Part shown: piece after piece, positions 40,301-52,783 of the stretch
How positions within the stretch are numbered: the first letter of the stretch is position 1
How the letters are laid out: each line of letters begins with the position of its first letter
Source of the DNA: Chiloscyllium plagiosum
Lineage: Eukaryota
Assembly: GCF_004010195.1 (NCBI RefSeq)
Contig: NC_057728.1
Coordinates: 42,993,040 to 43,057,039 of the forward strand
Length of the DNA: 64,000 nucleotides
Direction: 5' to 3'
The notes under the pieces: generated by a model
What the model was told of the DNA's origin: nothing
Database searches by the model: none
Seen by the model: only the letters and a program-made list of their open reading frames with translations
Made by a program: the position numbers and the translations under genes

Positions 40301-40739
40301 CTGTGAAGCATTCATTGATGTCAAGTTGAACAGAAATATAATTTCTTGACATGACTATCTAGTTAGTTCTCAATTAGTAACTCACAAGTAGAAAAATGAA
40401 AATAAAACAATGAAGTGGAGGAATGCAAGATCAGCTAAAATCTTCAGCTGTCATTTTATGGAAGACAGCAAATGGATTAGTACATTTCTTCATCACTACT
40501 TCTAAGTATTCAGTGCGAACACATTTGTCTTACTTTAAGAACCACTGATAGATACTTCTGAGCATATGGATGATATTTTTATCAGCGTCTCCACTATAAT
40601 CAAGTACATAATACTGGTCTATCAATGATGAAAGGTTTCACCAGTGGTGATGTCCCTATCTTATAGACCTTTTTGCTGCAATTCAGCCTTCACAACACAT
40701 ATCACTGGCAGCCCTGCACTTCAGCCGAAGTGAGACGAG
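37400..40739 (-). other. LIN7A: Candidate non-coding terminal exon (3' UTR) of LIN7A; 3' end uncertain
   Basis: A donor directly after the stop codon implies a downstream UTR exon. A strong acceptor ccttaccttatttccttctag| lies at 40740, followed by about 3.3 kb of AT-rich sequence without recognisable TEs and with minus-strand AATAAA near 38358 and 37478. Confidence 0.4.
39600..40225. repeat. Low-complexity purine-rich tract followed by a long pyrimidine (CT)-rich tract
   Basis: G/A-rich at 39600-39760 including a long G run; C/T-rich at 39770-40225. Confidence 0.85.
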
Positions 40740-41879
40740 CTAGAAGGAAATAAGGTAAGGATTCAAATGAAATTGGATACAGTGATATAAATGACAAGTG
40801 CAAGGAACCTTCTTGATGAGCTGTCTATCATTTGCACTCCGTATCTTTCAATCAGCAGAAAGAAGGTTGGCAATATTGCAATACAGCAGACTGAGTAACC
40901 AGTCTCACTTTATCTCGTCATTCAATATGATATGCTCCTCTTGTGTCAAACAGCATTTGACTATGTATCTAAACATTTTTCACAAAGCTAACTACAACTT
41001 GGCTTTTATGATTAGGCACAAGGTTTTAATTTAAAATAAGTAATTGGAAAAATAAAATCTTATATTGTGCATTAGAAAAAGAATAACAATTTTAAAATAT
41101 GATATCTTTTTAATGCTTCCTTTAGAAATACCATTTGTTTCAGGTTATTTTTATAACAATGCAATCTTCTTCTAGTTAAAAATTGCAAACTATTCTGAAT
41201 GAATTGAAAATCTTGTACAGCTCTCTGTCCAAACTCTGCATATTAGGGTGCAATGAAACAGAATCATATTGAAAAAAATTGTAACACTTACTATGACTCT
41301 TAATACTTGTGTTCTATTACTTTGCAAAAAACCTTGTGCCATTTCGATCTAAGCTACAATAAGCTTAGCTAAAACTTCACAATCATTTACAACATGATGT
41401 ACACATTATCTTGCATTTGATTTATCTACATTTATCGCAAATGATCTATCTGAACATTTTGCATCTCCCACAGCAATTTGTAACAGTCTTCTTAGATGGC
41501 AAATAGCCATAAGCAGACCAGGTTTCGTTCTGAACTTGGTGTCTGGAAGATTGATCTTGACAAATCTGAGAATTTAACAAAAAGGACAAAATCTGAGAGC
41601 AGCATTGTTTCTTCAAGAAAGACTTTCATTTGGTTGAATTGGTTATCAAGTTAAATATTATTTTCCAGCTTTCAACAATAATATATTGAAATAATCTACA
41701 TCAGTCTAATTTGTCTCGATAGTAATCTAATAATGCTTACATTTATAACAAACTTCAAACATGCTTTATTCTCAAGGATGGTACATTGAGCAGAAATGGA
41801 AATTCTGGCTGATTTTCCATCCCTCCCATGGTGGTTAAAACCATCACAAAGCTCAAAGGAAGGGAAAAAAGGATTCATA

Positions 41880-42260
41880 TTCATGCAGTCCTGTTCACAA
41901 CCTCAGGTCACCCTAAAGCATTCCATGTTTTGTTCTGAAGTTTAATCACTTGATGTCAGATAACATTACAGCCAATTTGCATAAAAGCAAAGACATTCAT
42001 GATCACAATTTGTTTTGTTAGTTGAAGGAAAAGTTTTGGCCAAGACACAGGAACTACTCTCTTGGCACTCTGCCACAAGCTCTTTTATATCCATCTGAGG
42101 GGGGAGGAGGGACCTCAGTTTAATGCCTCATTCAATAGACAGCACCTGCAACAATGCAATATTTCCTCAGCACTACACTGAAGTACCAGGTTGGAAACTA
42201 TATACAAATTCCTACAATGGGGCTTGAATCCATGACAGTCTGACTTGGTTTAAGTATTAC
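41880..42260 (-). mobile_element. Ancient Deu-domain SINE
   Basis: cagccaatttgc, ttttatatccatctgag..gacctcagtttaatg..gacagcacct..cctcagcactacactgaagt, and a tRNA-head remnant ggggcttgaatccatgac. Confidence 0.6.
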
Positions 42261-43089
42261 TAACGGTCAACATGACTGGTACCGCAATGTTTACATCCCC
42301 TTTATTGGTACATAACTAATTTTCTCTCTCCCCTTGCAACCCCTTTACCTTTGTTATATTTCAATCAAAATATTTTGGACTCCCTTTCTAGCTAACTCCC
42401 ATTAACCTTTCAAACTTTTCGGTTCCTTTACCTGCTTTTGCATTGGCTCTCTGAATTTCCAATTTTCACTTGATCATCAGATTCTCTGACATCGAGCAGA
42501 AGCACTCTTTTATTACTTCATCTTACCCTCCAGCTTTTTTATCATTCAAAGCTCTTTTGGTTTTGCATGCCCAACCCTCTCCTTTTAAGAATGCAGCCTG
42601 ACAGTGCTGGTGCAGGTTTTCCTGCCAACCTTACATTCCAATTTACACAAGTTTTTTTCAATGCACTAAAATTATCCCTCTACCAATTCAATGTTACTCC
42701 GGCTTGATCCCAGACAATTTATTAGCGTTAATTTTTTTTCTTTCCCTGCTGATGCTCACTGTCCTTAGCCCATCATATCCTCAGAACCAGATTCAACAAT
42801 GTGTCTTGTCTTGAGCCTGAATGTATTAACTAAGAAGATTCTCCTGAACACATTCAAGAAGCTCTTTTCCATCTCTGGTGTCAGTAATACTATATCAGTG
42901 CTATTAGGATAACTGAACAGCTCCATTACTATGGAATTCAAGTTTTTGTATCTCTAACTTCCTTGCAAATTTGCACCTTTTTTCCTTCTCCATTAGTTGG
43001 CATCCTACAGAATATATCTAGATCTAAGCAAATTAATTTAGTCTTCGATTTCTCCTGCAGCCACCTCATCTTTGGAGAACTGTAATATT

Positions 43090-43425
43090 GTCATAGAAAC
43101 GCTATAGTGTGGAGCAGGCCATTCAGCCCATCGAGTCCACACCAACCTTCTGACGAGCAACCCACCCAGACTTACACTCCCAATCCTATAATCCTGCATT
43201 TCCCATGGTTAATCCACCTAGCCTGGACACTACGGGCAATTTAGCATGGCCAATCCACCTAACCTGCACATCTTTGGATTGTGGGAGGAAACCAGAGCAC
43301 CTGGAGGAAACTCATGCAGACACAGGGAGAATGTGCAAATTCTATACAGACAACCACCTGAGGCTGGAAGTGAACCAGAGACCATAGTGCTGTGAGGCAT
43401 CAGTGCTAAGCACTGGGCCACCCTT
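43090..43425 (-). mobile_element. HE1-like SINE
   Basis: Reverse complement of the 35947 family head and core. Confidence 0.85.
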
Positions 43426-43614
43426 TGTCCTTGAGCAATCCTGCCTCCTATGTTTCCTTTGATATCTTTCCTAACATGTGCATCTTTATTAGTGAAAGAT
43501 GGATGCTAGATGTGAGAATATGAAACAGAACAAACTTTATTGAATATGAGAACGATGTAGGCTTGACTTTGCTTGAAATTTGTAAATAGAATATACATAC
43601 ATAAATTGAAAAGA

Positions 43615-44270
43615 CAACAACCATTTTTCTCAAGTCTGCTCCATCATTCAATAAGGTCATGGCTGATTTGTGTTTCAAATTCCACGTTTCTACCTTTCCC
43701 AATTACCTTTGATTCCCTTGCTTAATAAGAATCTACAATCCTCGACCTTCAAAATATTATATGACCTGTCTTCATTGTCTCTGAAGAGAGATTTCCACGT
43801 TTCTACCTCTCCCAATTACCTTTGATTCCCTTGCTTAATAAGAATCTACTATCGACCTTCAAAATATTATATGACCTGTCTTCATTGTCTCTGAAGAGAG
43901 ATTTCCAAAGTCTTACAACCCTCTAACAGAAATAAAAATTCTCATCTCTGTCCTAAAAGGGCAAGACCTAATTTTAAAATAGTGCCGTCTACTAGTTTTG
44001 GAGTAACTCATGAGAAGCAACCTTTCTACATCCATCTTGTCAAGACCATGAAAGATCATAAACTTAAATAAAGTCATCCCTCTTCTAAACTCCAGTGGAA
44101 ATAAGCTCAGCCTGTTCAACTTCTCTTCATAAGACAACCTACCACATTCCAGCTATCAATCTAGTAAACTTCTGAATGCATTCCACCTTTAAGAGGACCA
44201 AAACTGCGCACACTATTCAAAATGTTGTCACACCCACACCCTGTAGAAGTGAAGCACAACAGCACAACAA
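43615..44270 (-). mobile_element. Old CR1 3' fragment
   Basis: ORF 43913-44137 (SYEEKLNRLSLFPLEFRR) and a CR1 tail near 43630. Confidence 0.75.
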
Positions 44271-44407
44271 GTGTTCAATTCCTCTTCTAATAACGAATAG
44301 CATGCAAGATCAAGGACTTACTGAAGGCTGGGATAATGTACATTGCGTGAATAACCAAAGAACCATATATTTCCAATCTAGAAACATACACTGTTTGTCA
44401 TATAATT

Positions 44408-45552
44408 AGAGTCATAGAGATATACAGCAGGGAAACAGACCCTTCATTCCAACTCGTCCATGCTGAACAGTTACCCTAAATAAATCTAGTCCCATTTGCC
44501 AGCACTTGTCTCATTTCCCCCTAAACCCTTCCTATTCATATGCCTAACCAGATGCCTTTGAAATGTTGTAACTGTACCAGCCTCCACCACTTCCTTCCAT
44601 ACATGCACCACCCTCTGCGTGAACAACTTGCCTCATAGGTCCCTTTTAAATCTTTCCCCTCTCACCTTAACATTATGCCTCTGGTTTTGACTCCCTACTC
44701 TGTGGAAAAGACCTTGGCTATTCACCCTACCCATGCCCCTCATAATCCTCTAAAAGGTCACCCCTCAGCCTCCGATGCTCAAGGGAAAATAGCCCCAGTC
44801 GATTCAAGCCTCTCTCTTCAGCTCAAAACCTGCAACCTCATCAAGTTCCTTGTAAATCTCTTCTGAACTCTTTCAAGTTTCACACCATCCTTCCAATAGC
44901 AGGGAGACAAGAACTGCATGCAGTATTCCAAAAGTGGCCTAATCAATGTCCTGTACAGCCATAACATGACCTCCCAACTTCTATACTCAAAGCACTGACC
45001 AATAAAGACAAGCACACCAAACGCCACCTTCATTATCCTATCTATGTGTGACTCCACTTTCAAGGAACTATGAACCCAGATTCCAAGTTCTCTTTGTTCA
45101 GCAATACTCCGCGGACCTTACCATTAAGTGTATAAGTCCTGCTAAGATTTGCTTTTCCAAAATGCAGCACCTTAAATTTATCTAAATTAAACTCCATCTG
45201 CCACTTCTCAGTCCATTGGTCCATCTGATCAAGATCCATTATACTCTGAGATAACGTTCTTCACTGTCCACTAAACCTCCAATTTTGGTGTCATCTGCAA
45301 ACTAACTAACTATACCTCCTATTCACATCCAAATCATTTATGTAAATGACGAAAAGCAGTGGACCCAGCACCGATCCTTGTGGCACATCACTGGTCATGG
45401 GCCTTCAGTCGGAAAAGCAACCCTCCACCACAGCACCACCCTACCCCCAACACTCCACCATCTTCTACCTTTGAGCCAGTTCTGTACCCAAATACCTAGT
45501 TGTCCCTCTATTCCATGTGATCTAATCTTGGTGTAACCAGTCTACCATGAGG
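44408..45552 (-). mobile_element. 5'-truncated CR1 (RT C-terminal half and 3' tail) in the LIN7A 3'-UTR intron
   Basis: ORF 44818-45063 (LYRTLIRPLLEYC...LERVQKRFTR); same family as 4951-6215. Confidence 0.92.
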
Positions 45553-45917
45553 AGTAACAATAACTGACCCTTTGGCCAAAACAGATATTGCAAAGCTGTC
45601 TGTCAAAATCTGTGTGTGCATTAATGCATACCTCACATTGTATGTGAGGCTATGTAAACTGACAATGCTAGATATTAATGATTGGTTTAGTTGTTTGATG
45701 TTTTTGATCAACACTGAGGACATAAAAAAGGTACAATTTTGTGTACTTCTGGTGTATTGAACTCTACGCTTTGACGAAATAAAGTTGTCTCTTGAAAGTA
45801 TGTGCATGGTCATTACATCAACATAGTCAGATGCTGTGGTGAATATCACTAGGAAATTATATATGTCTAAACTCCCAAGCTGAGCACATCTCTTGAAATA
45901 AAGATGAATATTCTCAC

Positions 45918-46124
45918 CTACGACATATGATTTTGTTGGATTTGCTGCTGTTGCTGTTGGAGCAGAAGTTGTTGTTGTTGTCTGCGCCGGGCAGTTCGCA
46001 GCTTCTCAAATCTTGCTTCCATTTCCTCCAACACCTTGGGCGTGTAACGAACTACCAGTTTAACACTGTTCTGAGCAGCCTTTAGTAATTCAACTGCCTT
46101 TTCATGGTGTTCCCCTTCAACACT
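45918..46124 (-). CDS. LIN7A: LIN7A last coding exon: [68 protein letters not shown]
   Basis: Reads ttctttcag|AGT GTT...TCG TAG|gtgag. The poly-Q tail ending QQNHMS distinguishes LIN7A from LIN7B and LIN7C. Confidence 0.97.
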   Translation of the reverse strand, partial: SVEGEHHEKAVELLKAAQNSVKLVVRYTPKVLEEMEARFEKLRTARRRQQQQLLLQQQQQQIQQNHMS

Positions 46125-47439
46125 CTGAAAGAACAAATACATTTTATTCCCTACACTCCAAATCGAAGTCCAGAAAACCTGCTTTGTGCCAATGAATAAT
46201 ATTGTAAATTCACAGCTATGATTATTTTAATCAACCTGCATGGAGAGGTTATTATATATATATCTGCCAGGGGTGGGGCTTGAACACAAATCTTTTGACC
46301 AGTGGTAAAAGAAAGTTTACAGCTGCATTGTTGGCATTCACAGTTCCACACCAAGACAACGGTGCAGAGTAAGCAGAGGAGGTAGTCGAGGCAAAAATAA
46401 TTTCATTTCAGGGATGGCCTGAAGCAAACACATTTGTTCCCAATGGAAAATATATAAATTTCAAATATGTTGGCAGTCCCTTCTAAAAAAAAATACTTTT
46501 TTTTCAGTCATTTAGCACCAAATTGATGTTTAATGTGAAAACAATATAAAACTGAATAAAATTTCATTATGTCATGAAAAACAAATTCTTGACTAAATTC
46601 CTGAGCTTTGAGTATAGGAGTGCCAGCAAGTCAACTCAGTATATTATCATGAAATGCACAAAAAAGAAAAAAGACTTTTTGCTTTCACTCATTTTTGAAA
46701 ACTGGTCAAAAACAAAGAAAGGTTTCAAACAAATTAGCATGACATGATACAATGCATTCAACAAGAGCTAACAGGCTAGAACAAAGTTACCATGACTAAA
46801 TTCTGGACCAGATTCCTACCATTTGTCATTTTTGGAAAATTGCTCTATGGAGGATTTATTTGGTCTTGGTTCTGGTTTTGTTACACTTTGATACATTTAA
46901 CATGATATGTTTGGAAAGGGATTGTGTACTCTACTTTTGGAATTTTAAAGCAAGCTATTAGCCCTTGGATTGCAGGGTGACCGATGGGGCATAATAATAT
47001 TCACAACTTTTCACTTTAATATCAATATGGTCACTGACCTGTAACACTTTGTTATATGTTAAATGCCAGCTGTTATTTTTGCTCCAATTAATAATACTGA
47101 ATTTCTAGTTAAATCAGCAAGTTGCTCATGATATATTCAGCCTTATGTTTGTTTTTCTTAATTTTAAATTAAATAAATGTTAAGCTTTTGCAACAAACAG
47201 TAGATAATAAAAATTCTCGTTGGAGGACTGATAAACAGAACTCCACAGATGACTATGTTCAGCCCTTCTTTCATACTACTCCAAAATGATAGATCTTTCT
47301 TGTAATGTAAAATTGGATGAATTAAATGGAATAGTGATGTAAGTAGTACAAAATAGACTGATCACATTGAAATTATTCCAAAAAACCGCATGACTCAAGT
47401 GTAAATGTCTACTTTAGCTGAACGAGGTCATTGACTTAC

Positions 47440-47649
47440 CACTCCATTGACAGACAATAATTGATCACCACGCTTTAAGCCCCCATGTCTATCGGCAACA
47501 CCTCCAGGAATAATACGAGAGATGTAGATTGGTGAATTTTGTTCCTTTCCACCCATTACATTAAAACCAAGACCTTCTTCAGTTTTTGGCAATTCCACAA
47601 CCCGGGGGTGAGAATGACCTTCACTTGCAGCAAAAGCAGCAACAGTGGC
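47440..47649 (-). CDS. LIN7A: LIN7A exon 4, PDZ domain: [70 protein letters not shown]
   Basis: Reads tttctttcag|GCC ACT...GGA GTG|gtaagt; 210 nt, phase 0-0. Contains the GLGF PDZ motif and the LIN7 family signature. Absent from the ORF track and found by manual translation. Confidence 0.97.
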
Positions 47650-48272
47650 CTGAAAGAAATTCTGAAACTCAGTTCCATAGAAACAAAATCAAATATTGAC
47701 TTTTCCTATAACACACAACCTACGTCTATATTTTCACCTCTGTACATTGTTTCAAAAATGTTAACTGATAGCAATGGTCAATACTTCTAAAATCAGCCTG
47801 TGATAAGTTCAACATTTTTGTCTTGAAATGACAATAAAATATTTGTCTTTTCTTTACTAGAAAGTTCTGAAACAATAGAAGTCAAAACATGTGTCAACTT
47901 TCATAGACTGTAAAACTGACTTGAGACCTCACCTCAGTTATCTGAGACTCTGGCTTTTCACTCATCTAACTTCCATGTTGCAAATGCATAAAGTTACAGA
48001 GTGAGGAAACTTGGTTTTGGGACAGTGGGTAGATATTACCAATCGGACTGTTTAGAGATGTTATGGCACACATCTGGAGCAAGTGAGGCTTGAACCCAAG
48101 CCTACGCATTGCAGACACAGGGACAGTACCACTACACTTCAATAGCCCTTTGAATAATATTGATTCTAGCTGCTGCTCAATCAAAAAATGTGCTTTCAGT
48201 TGCTGGTAAATGTGTAAGCTGACAAATAAATTAATTATGCCTTAAACGACTGAGCGAGAAAGGCCTTTGTTA

Positions 48273-48570
48273 TAGAGTCATAACCCATAGAAACAGACCC
48301 TTTGGTCCAACCAGTCCATGCTGACCATAATCGCAAATTAAATTAGTCTCATCTGTCTGCACTTGGCCCATATCCCTCTAAACATTTCTTATTCATGAAT
48401 TATCTATATATCTTTTAAACATTGTAACTGTACCTGCATCCATCACTACCTCTGGAAGTTCATTTCACACAATTTCTCACATTTCACTCTTAAAAAAAAT
48501 TGCTCCCATTGTCTTTTTTATATCTTTCTGCTCTCATCTTAAAACTATTCCTGATAGTCTTGAAATCTAA
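48273..48570 (-). mobile_element. CR1 3' end
   Basis: tagagtcata..gaaacagaccctttggtccaac.. tail, as at 4951 and 44408. Confidence 0.75.
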
Positions 48571-49192
48571 GAGAAAATCTAAGTTCTAAGTGAACTTCAG
48601 TATCGACATATTTGCAAGAGCTAAACATGATACAATTTCAAAGGCTAGGAGGTGTCATTAGCATGGGCCCAGTCTTTACATGAGATAATGCTCACAATTT
48701 CAGAATTGAGCCATAATTTTCACTTCCCCACTTTGCACTGATTTCACCATGTCACATGGCTAAATGAAAAGCAATGTCTTGTGATAACTGACATTGGCAT
48801 CAATAGGGAACAGTGGGGAGATCATCTTTCAGGTTAATTAGATCTAGTACAGAGACATGTCTCAATACAGAAGTGAGAATGACAGACTTTGACTGCAAGG
48901 CAGTAGTTGACTGAATGTGGCATCAAGGAACCTCGCAAAACTGGAATCAATGGGAATTGAGGGCACACTCTCCACTGGTTGGAGTCATAACTGGCACACA
49001 AAGATGATTGTGCCTGTTGGACGTTAGTCATCTCAGCGCCAAGGCACACTGCAGGAGTTCCTCAGGATAGTGTCTTAGGTCGAGCCATCTTCAACTGCTT
49101 CATTATTGACCTTCCCTCAACCAGAAGACAAGAAGAAATAGGAACAAGAGTGAGCTGTTGTGCCCCTCAAGCCTGTTCCACCATTCAATTAA

Positions 49193-49553
49193 GGGGCAGG
49201 TGATGGCCTAGTGATATTATTGTTAGACTATTAATCTGGAGATACAGGTAATGTTCTAGGGACTTGGGTTCAAATCACACCACAGCAGATAGCAAAGTTT
49301 GAAATTAATTAAAATCTGGAATTAAGAGTCTAATGATAACCCATGAAACCATTGTTGATTGTCAGAAAAACCAATCTGGTTCACTAATGTCCTTCTGGGA
49401 AGAAAACTGCCTTCCTCACCTGGTCTGGCCTACATGTGACTCCAGACCCACAGCAATGTGATTGACTCTTAGCTACCCTCTGGGCAATTAGGAAAGGGCA
49501 ATAAATGCTGACCTAGCTAGCAATAGCCACATCCTGTGAATGAATAAAAAAAA
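49193..49553 (+). mobile_element. tRNA-derived SINE with LINE-derived tail
   Basis: A-box-like tggcctagtg, B box ggttcaaatc, tail gggcaataaatgctg...gaatgaataaaaaa. Confidence 0.8.
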
Positions 49554-50111
49554 GATTATGGCTGCTCTGATAATCCCTACATCCACTTCCTTGTATTCTC
49601 CTTCTTGATTCCCTTGCTGATCAAGAAGTTATCATAGCCTTGCATACACTTAAGAACTCTGCCCAAACAGATCTCTGTGGCAAGGAGTTCCAAAGATTCA
49701 TAAAATTCAGAAGCAATTCTCCTCATCTCAGTCTTAAATTGGCACCCCTTTCTTCTGAGACTCTGTCATCTGGTCCTAGACTCTACCACAAGGGAAGAGA
49801 GATTCTTCATATTTATCCTGTCAAGCATCATAAGATCAGAAGTAGGGGTGTTCACCGATGATCACAAAATGTTCAGTACCATTCGCGACTCCTCCGACAT
49901 TGAAGCAGTCGATGTCCAAATGCAACAAGTCCTGGACAATATCCAGGCTTGGGATAAAAAAGTGGCAAGTAACCTTGTGCCACACAAATCCCAGGCAACG
50001 AGCATCTCCAGCAAGAGAATCTAACCACTGTCCTTGAGAGTCAATGGTGTTGCCATCACTGAGTCCCCCACTATTAACATCCTGGGAGTTACTGGTGATC
50101 AGAAACTTAAC

Positions 50112-50954
50112 CGACCCCACCACCAGGGATATATTTCCCTCCTGACCCCTTTCCGTTTTCCGCAAAGACCGTTCCCTCCGTGACTAGCTGGTCAGGTCTA
50201 CGCCCCCCAACAACCCACTCTCCCGTCCTGGCACCCTTTCCTGCCATGCAGGAATTGCAAATCCTGCACCCACACCTCCTCCCTCACCTCCATCCAAGGC
50301 CCCAAAGGAGCCTTCCACATCCATCAAAGTTTCACCTACACATCCACCAATATCATTTATTGTATCCATTGCTCCCGATGCGGTCTCCTCTACTTTGGGG
50401 AGACTGGATGCCTCCTCGCAGAGCGCTTTAGGGAACATCTCTGGGACACCCGCACCAATCAACCCCACCGTCCCGTGGCCCAACATTTAAACTCCCCCTC
50501 CCACTCTGCCGAGGACATGCAGGTCCTGGGCCTTCTCCACCGCTGCTCCCTCACCACCCGATGCCTGGAGGAAGAACGCCTCATCTTTCACCTCGGAACA
50601 CTTCAACCCCAGGGCATCAACGTGGACTTCACCAGTTTCCTCATTTCCCCTCCCCCCACCTTACCACAGCTCCAGCCTTCCAGCTCAGTACTGTCCCCAT
50701 GACCTGTCCTACCTGCCAATCTCCCTTCCCACCTATCCGCTCCACCCTCCTCTCTGACCTATCATCCCCACCTCCATCCACCTATTGTACTCTTGGCTAC
50801 ATTCTCCCCAGCCCCACCCCGCCTCCCATTTATCTCTCCACCCCAGAGGCTCCCTGCCTTCATTCCTGATGAAGGGCTTTTGCCCGAAACATCGATTTTC
50901 CTGCTCCTTGGATGCTGCCTGACCTGCTGTGCTTTTCTAGCACCACTCTAATCT
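50112..50954 (+). mobile_element. 5'-truncated Penelope-like element (GIY-YIG end and terminal repeat with a decayed hammerhead at about 50863-50896)
   Basis: NIIYCIHCSRCGLLYFGET..L.ERFREH motif; 11-bp direct repeat agaaacttaac at 50101 and 50955; ctgatgaagggcttttgcccgaaacatc. Confidence 0.9.
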
Positions 50955-52641
50955 AGAAACTTAACTGGACCCACCATATAAAAACAGTGGCTACAGAAGC
51001 TAGGAATCCTTCAGTGAGCAACTCTGAGGACTCCCCAGAGCTGTCCACTATCTACAAAACACAGGGCAGGAGAGTGATGGAGTACTCCACACTTGGCTGG
51101 ATGGGTGCAAACTCCAACAACACTCAAAAAGCTTACCATCATCCAGGACAAAACATTCCCTTGATTGGTAGCACATTCACAAGCATCCACTTGCTCCATC
51201 ACTGATATTCAGCAGCAGCAGTGTGTACCATCTATAAGATGCACCGCAGAAATTCACCAAAGCTCCTGAGACAGCACCTTTCAAACCCACTTCCATCTAG
51301 AAAAACAAAGGTGTAAAATGCACGGGAACTCCATCACCTGCAAATTCCTCTCCAAACCATGCACCATCCTGTCTTGGAAATATAATGACATTCCTTCATT
51401 ACCATTGGGTCAAATTCCTGGAATTCCCAACAGAATGGGATCACGGATCTACCTAAAGAATCTGGGCTGCAGTGCTTTAAGGCAGCAGCTTACCATCACC
51501 TCTTCAAGGGCAACTAGGGATGGGCGATAAATACTGACCAGCCAGCAACACTGCGTAAATAAAAACAATGAGAAAATAAAGTTTGCTCAAGGAAGGATAT
51601 AAAATATAAATAACACAACTGATAGGTGGGGTTGTGCTTTTGTTCCCAAGTTCTACAAACAAAAAGCTTTTAAGCAGATCCAACACTCAGATTAGTAAAT
51701 TATCTGCTGCTGGAAAAGAAACAGCAAGCAAAATATTACAGCAGCCAGAGTACACCTGCAATCCTGCATGTTAGAAATACTGATCACACCCCTGCCACCA
51801 TTACGTCAGGAATCAAACAAACTGTTGAACTTGGCCTCATTCGCAACTTATCAATTCTATGTTCAGCCCTTCAAAACTTTCACAAGGCAAACAAACCAAA
51901 GTAACAGCTGGCAGAATCCCATATCCCTAAAAAAAAATGCATTGTCAATAACTCTTTGCTCAACACTCAGACAACAAGCAATGTCAGATATTACCCCAGA
52001 AGGAAGCAGAAAATTCAACTTCCAATACAACAAAACAAACTGTTGTGCTAAGACAATACATACAATATTATTAAAAGAGGTGGGCACTGTGATTTTTAAC
52101 ATTCCCAACAGTCATTAGTTGACAACTTACCCCAAAACTTCACACTATAAGATTAAAGTCCTATCTGCATCTTCTATTATAGGCTGGGTATGCAAATTTT
52201 CCTGACTCTAAGTTGAGCTTTTTGTGTGAATAATCACCATGATTGTAATTTGCACAAATCGTATTGACTTTTCCATGAAGACAATTATGAGTCTTATAAA
52301 CATACTGGTACATATTTAGGTAGCCTTTCTATCAGCAATTGTTTAATTTGCAAAGCAAGTTATACAATCAGCAATATAAAAACAAAATGAAGCTACACTA
52401 CAGTAAGAAAGAAACGTCTGGAAAGCCCAGAAGTGACCAGATCAAATTTGGTGTATCTATATAGAAAGTGTGAAATTAATTTCACTGTCTTGTTCTGACA
52501 GCAAGTCATCACACATTAATTTCCATTTTCATCCAGCACTATCTGCTGCATTGCAAGGAAGTTAGTACCATTGACCATGAAAGGAATTTGTTAATCTAAT
52601 CAGAAAAATCAGTGAATACTGGGTCCTATTAAAGATATTAC

Positions 52642-52713
52642 CTGGGTAGTAGCACTGGCTCTACCTTCTGGGCTGCCACTGATGTCTAAATTCTCATATA
52701 TACTCTCGAACAC
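52642..52713 (-). CDS. LIN7A: Putative alternative (mutually exclusive) LIN7A exon '3b': VFESIYENLDISGSPEGRASATTQ
   Basis: Minus strand reads tatttcag|GTG TTC GAG...ACC CAG|gtaata. It is exactly 72 nt, phase 0-0, has no stop, and aligns ungapped to exon 3a with 11/24 identical residues. Confidence 0.8.
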
Positions 52714-52783
52714 CTGAAATACACATGTACACAAAATTAAAACACAATTACAACACATTATCTGGTACCTCCACATGGCATAC

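Larger units (their letters stand above)
48840..51570 (+). mobile_element. L2/CR1-group LINE RT fragment with nested insertions
   Basis: GVPQDSVLGRAIFNCFI, FTDD and YKTQGRRVMEYS motifs; interrupted at about 49120-49825 (CR1 tail and SINE) and at 50112-50954. Confidence 0.75.
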
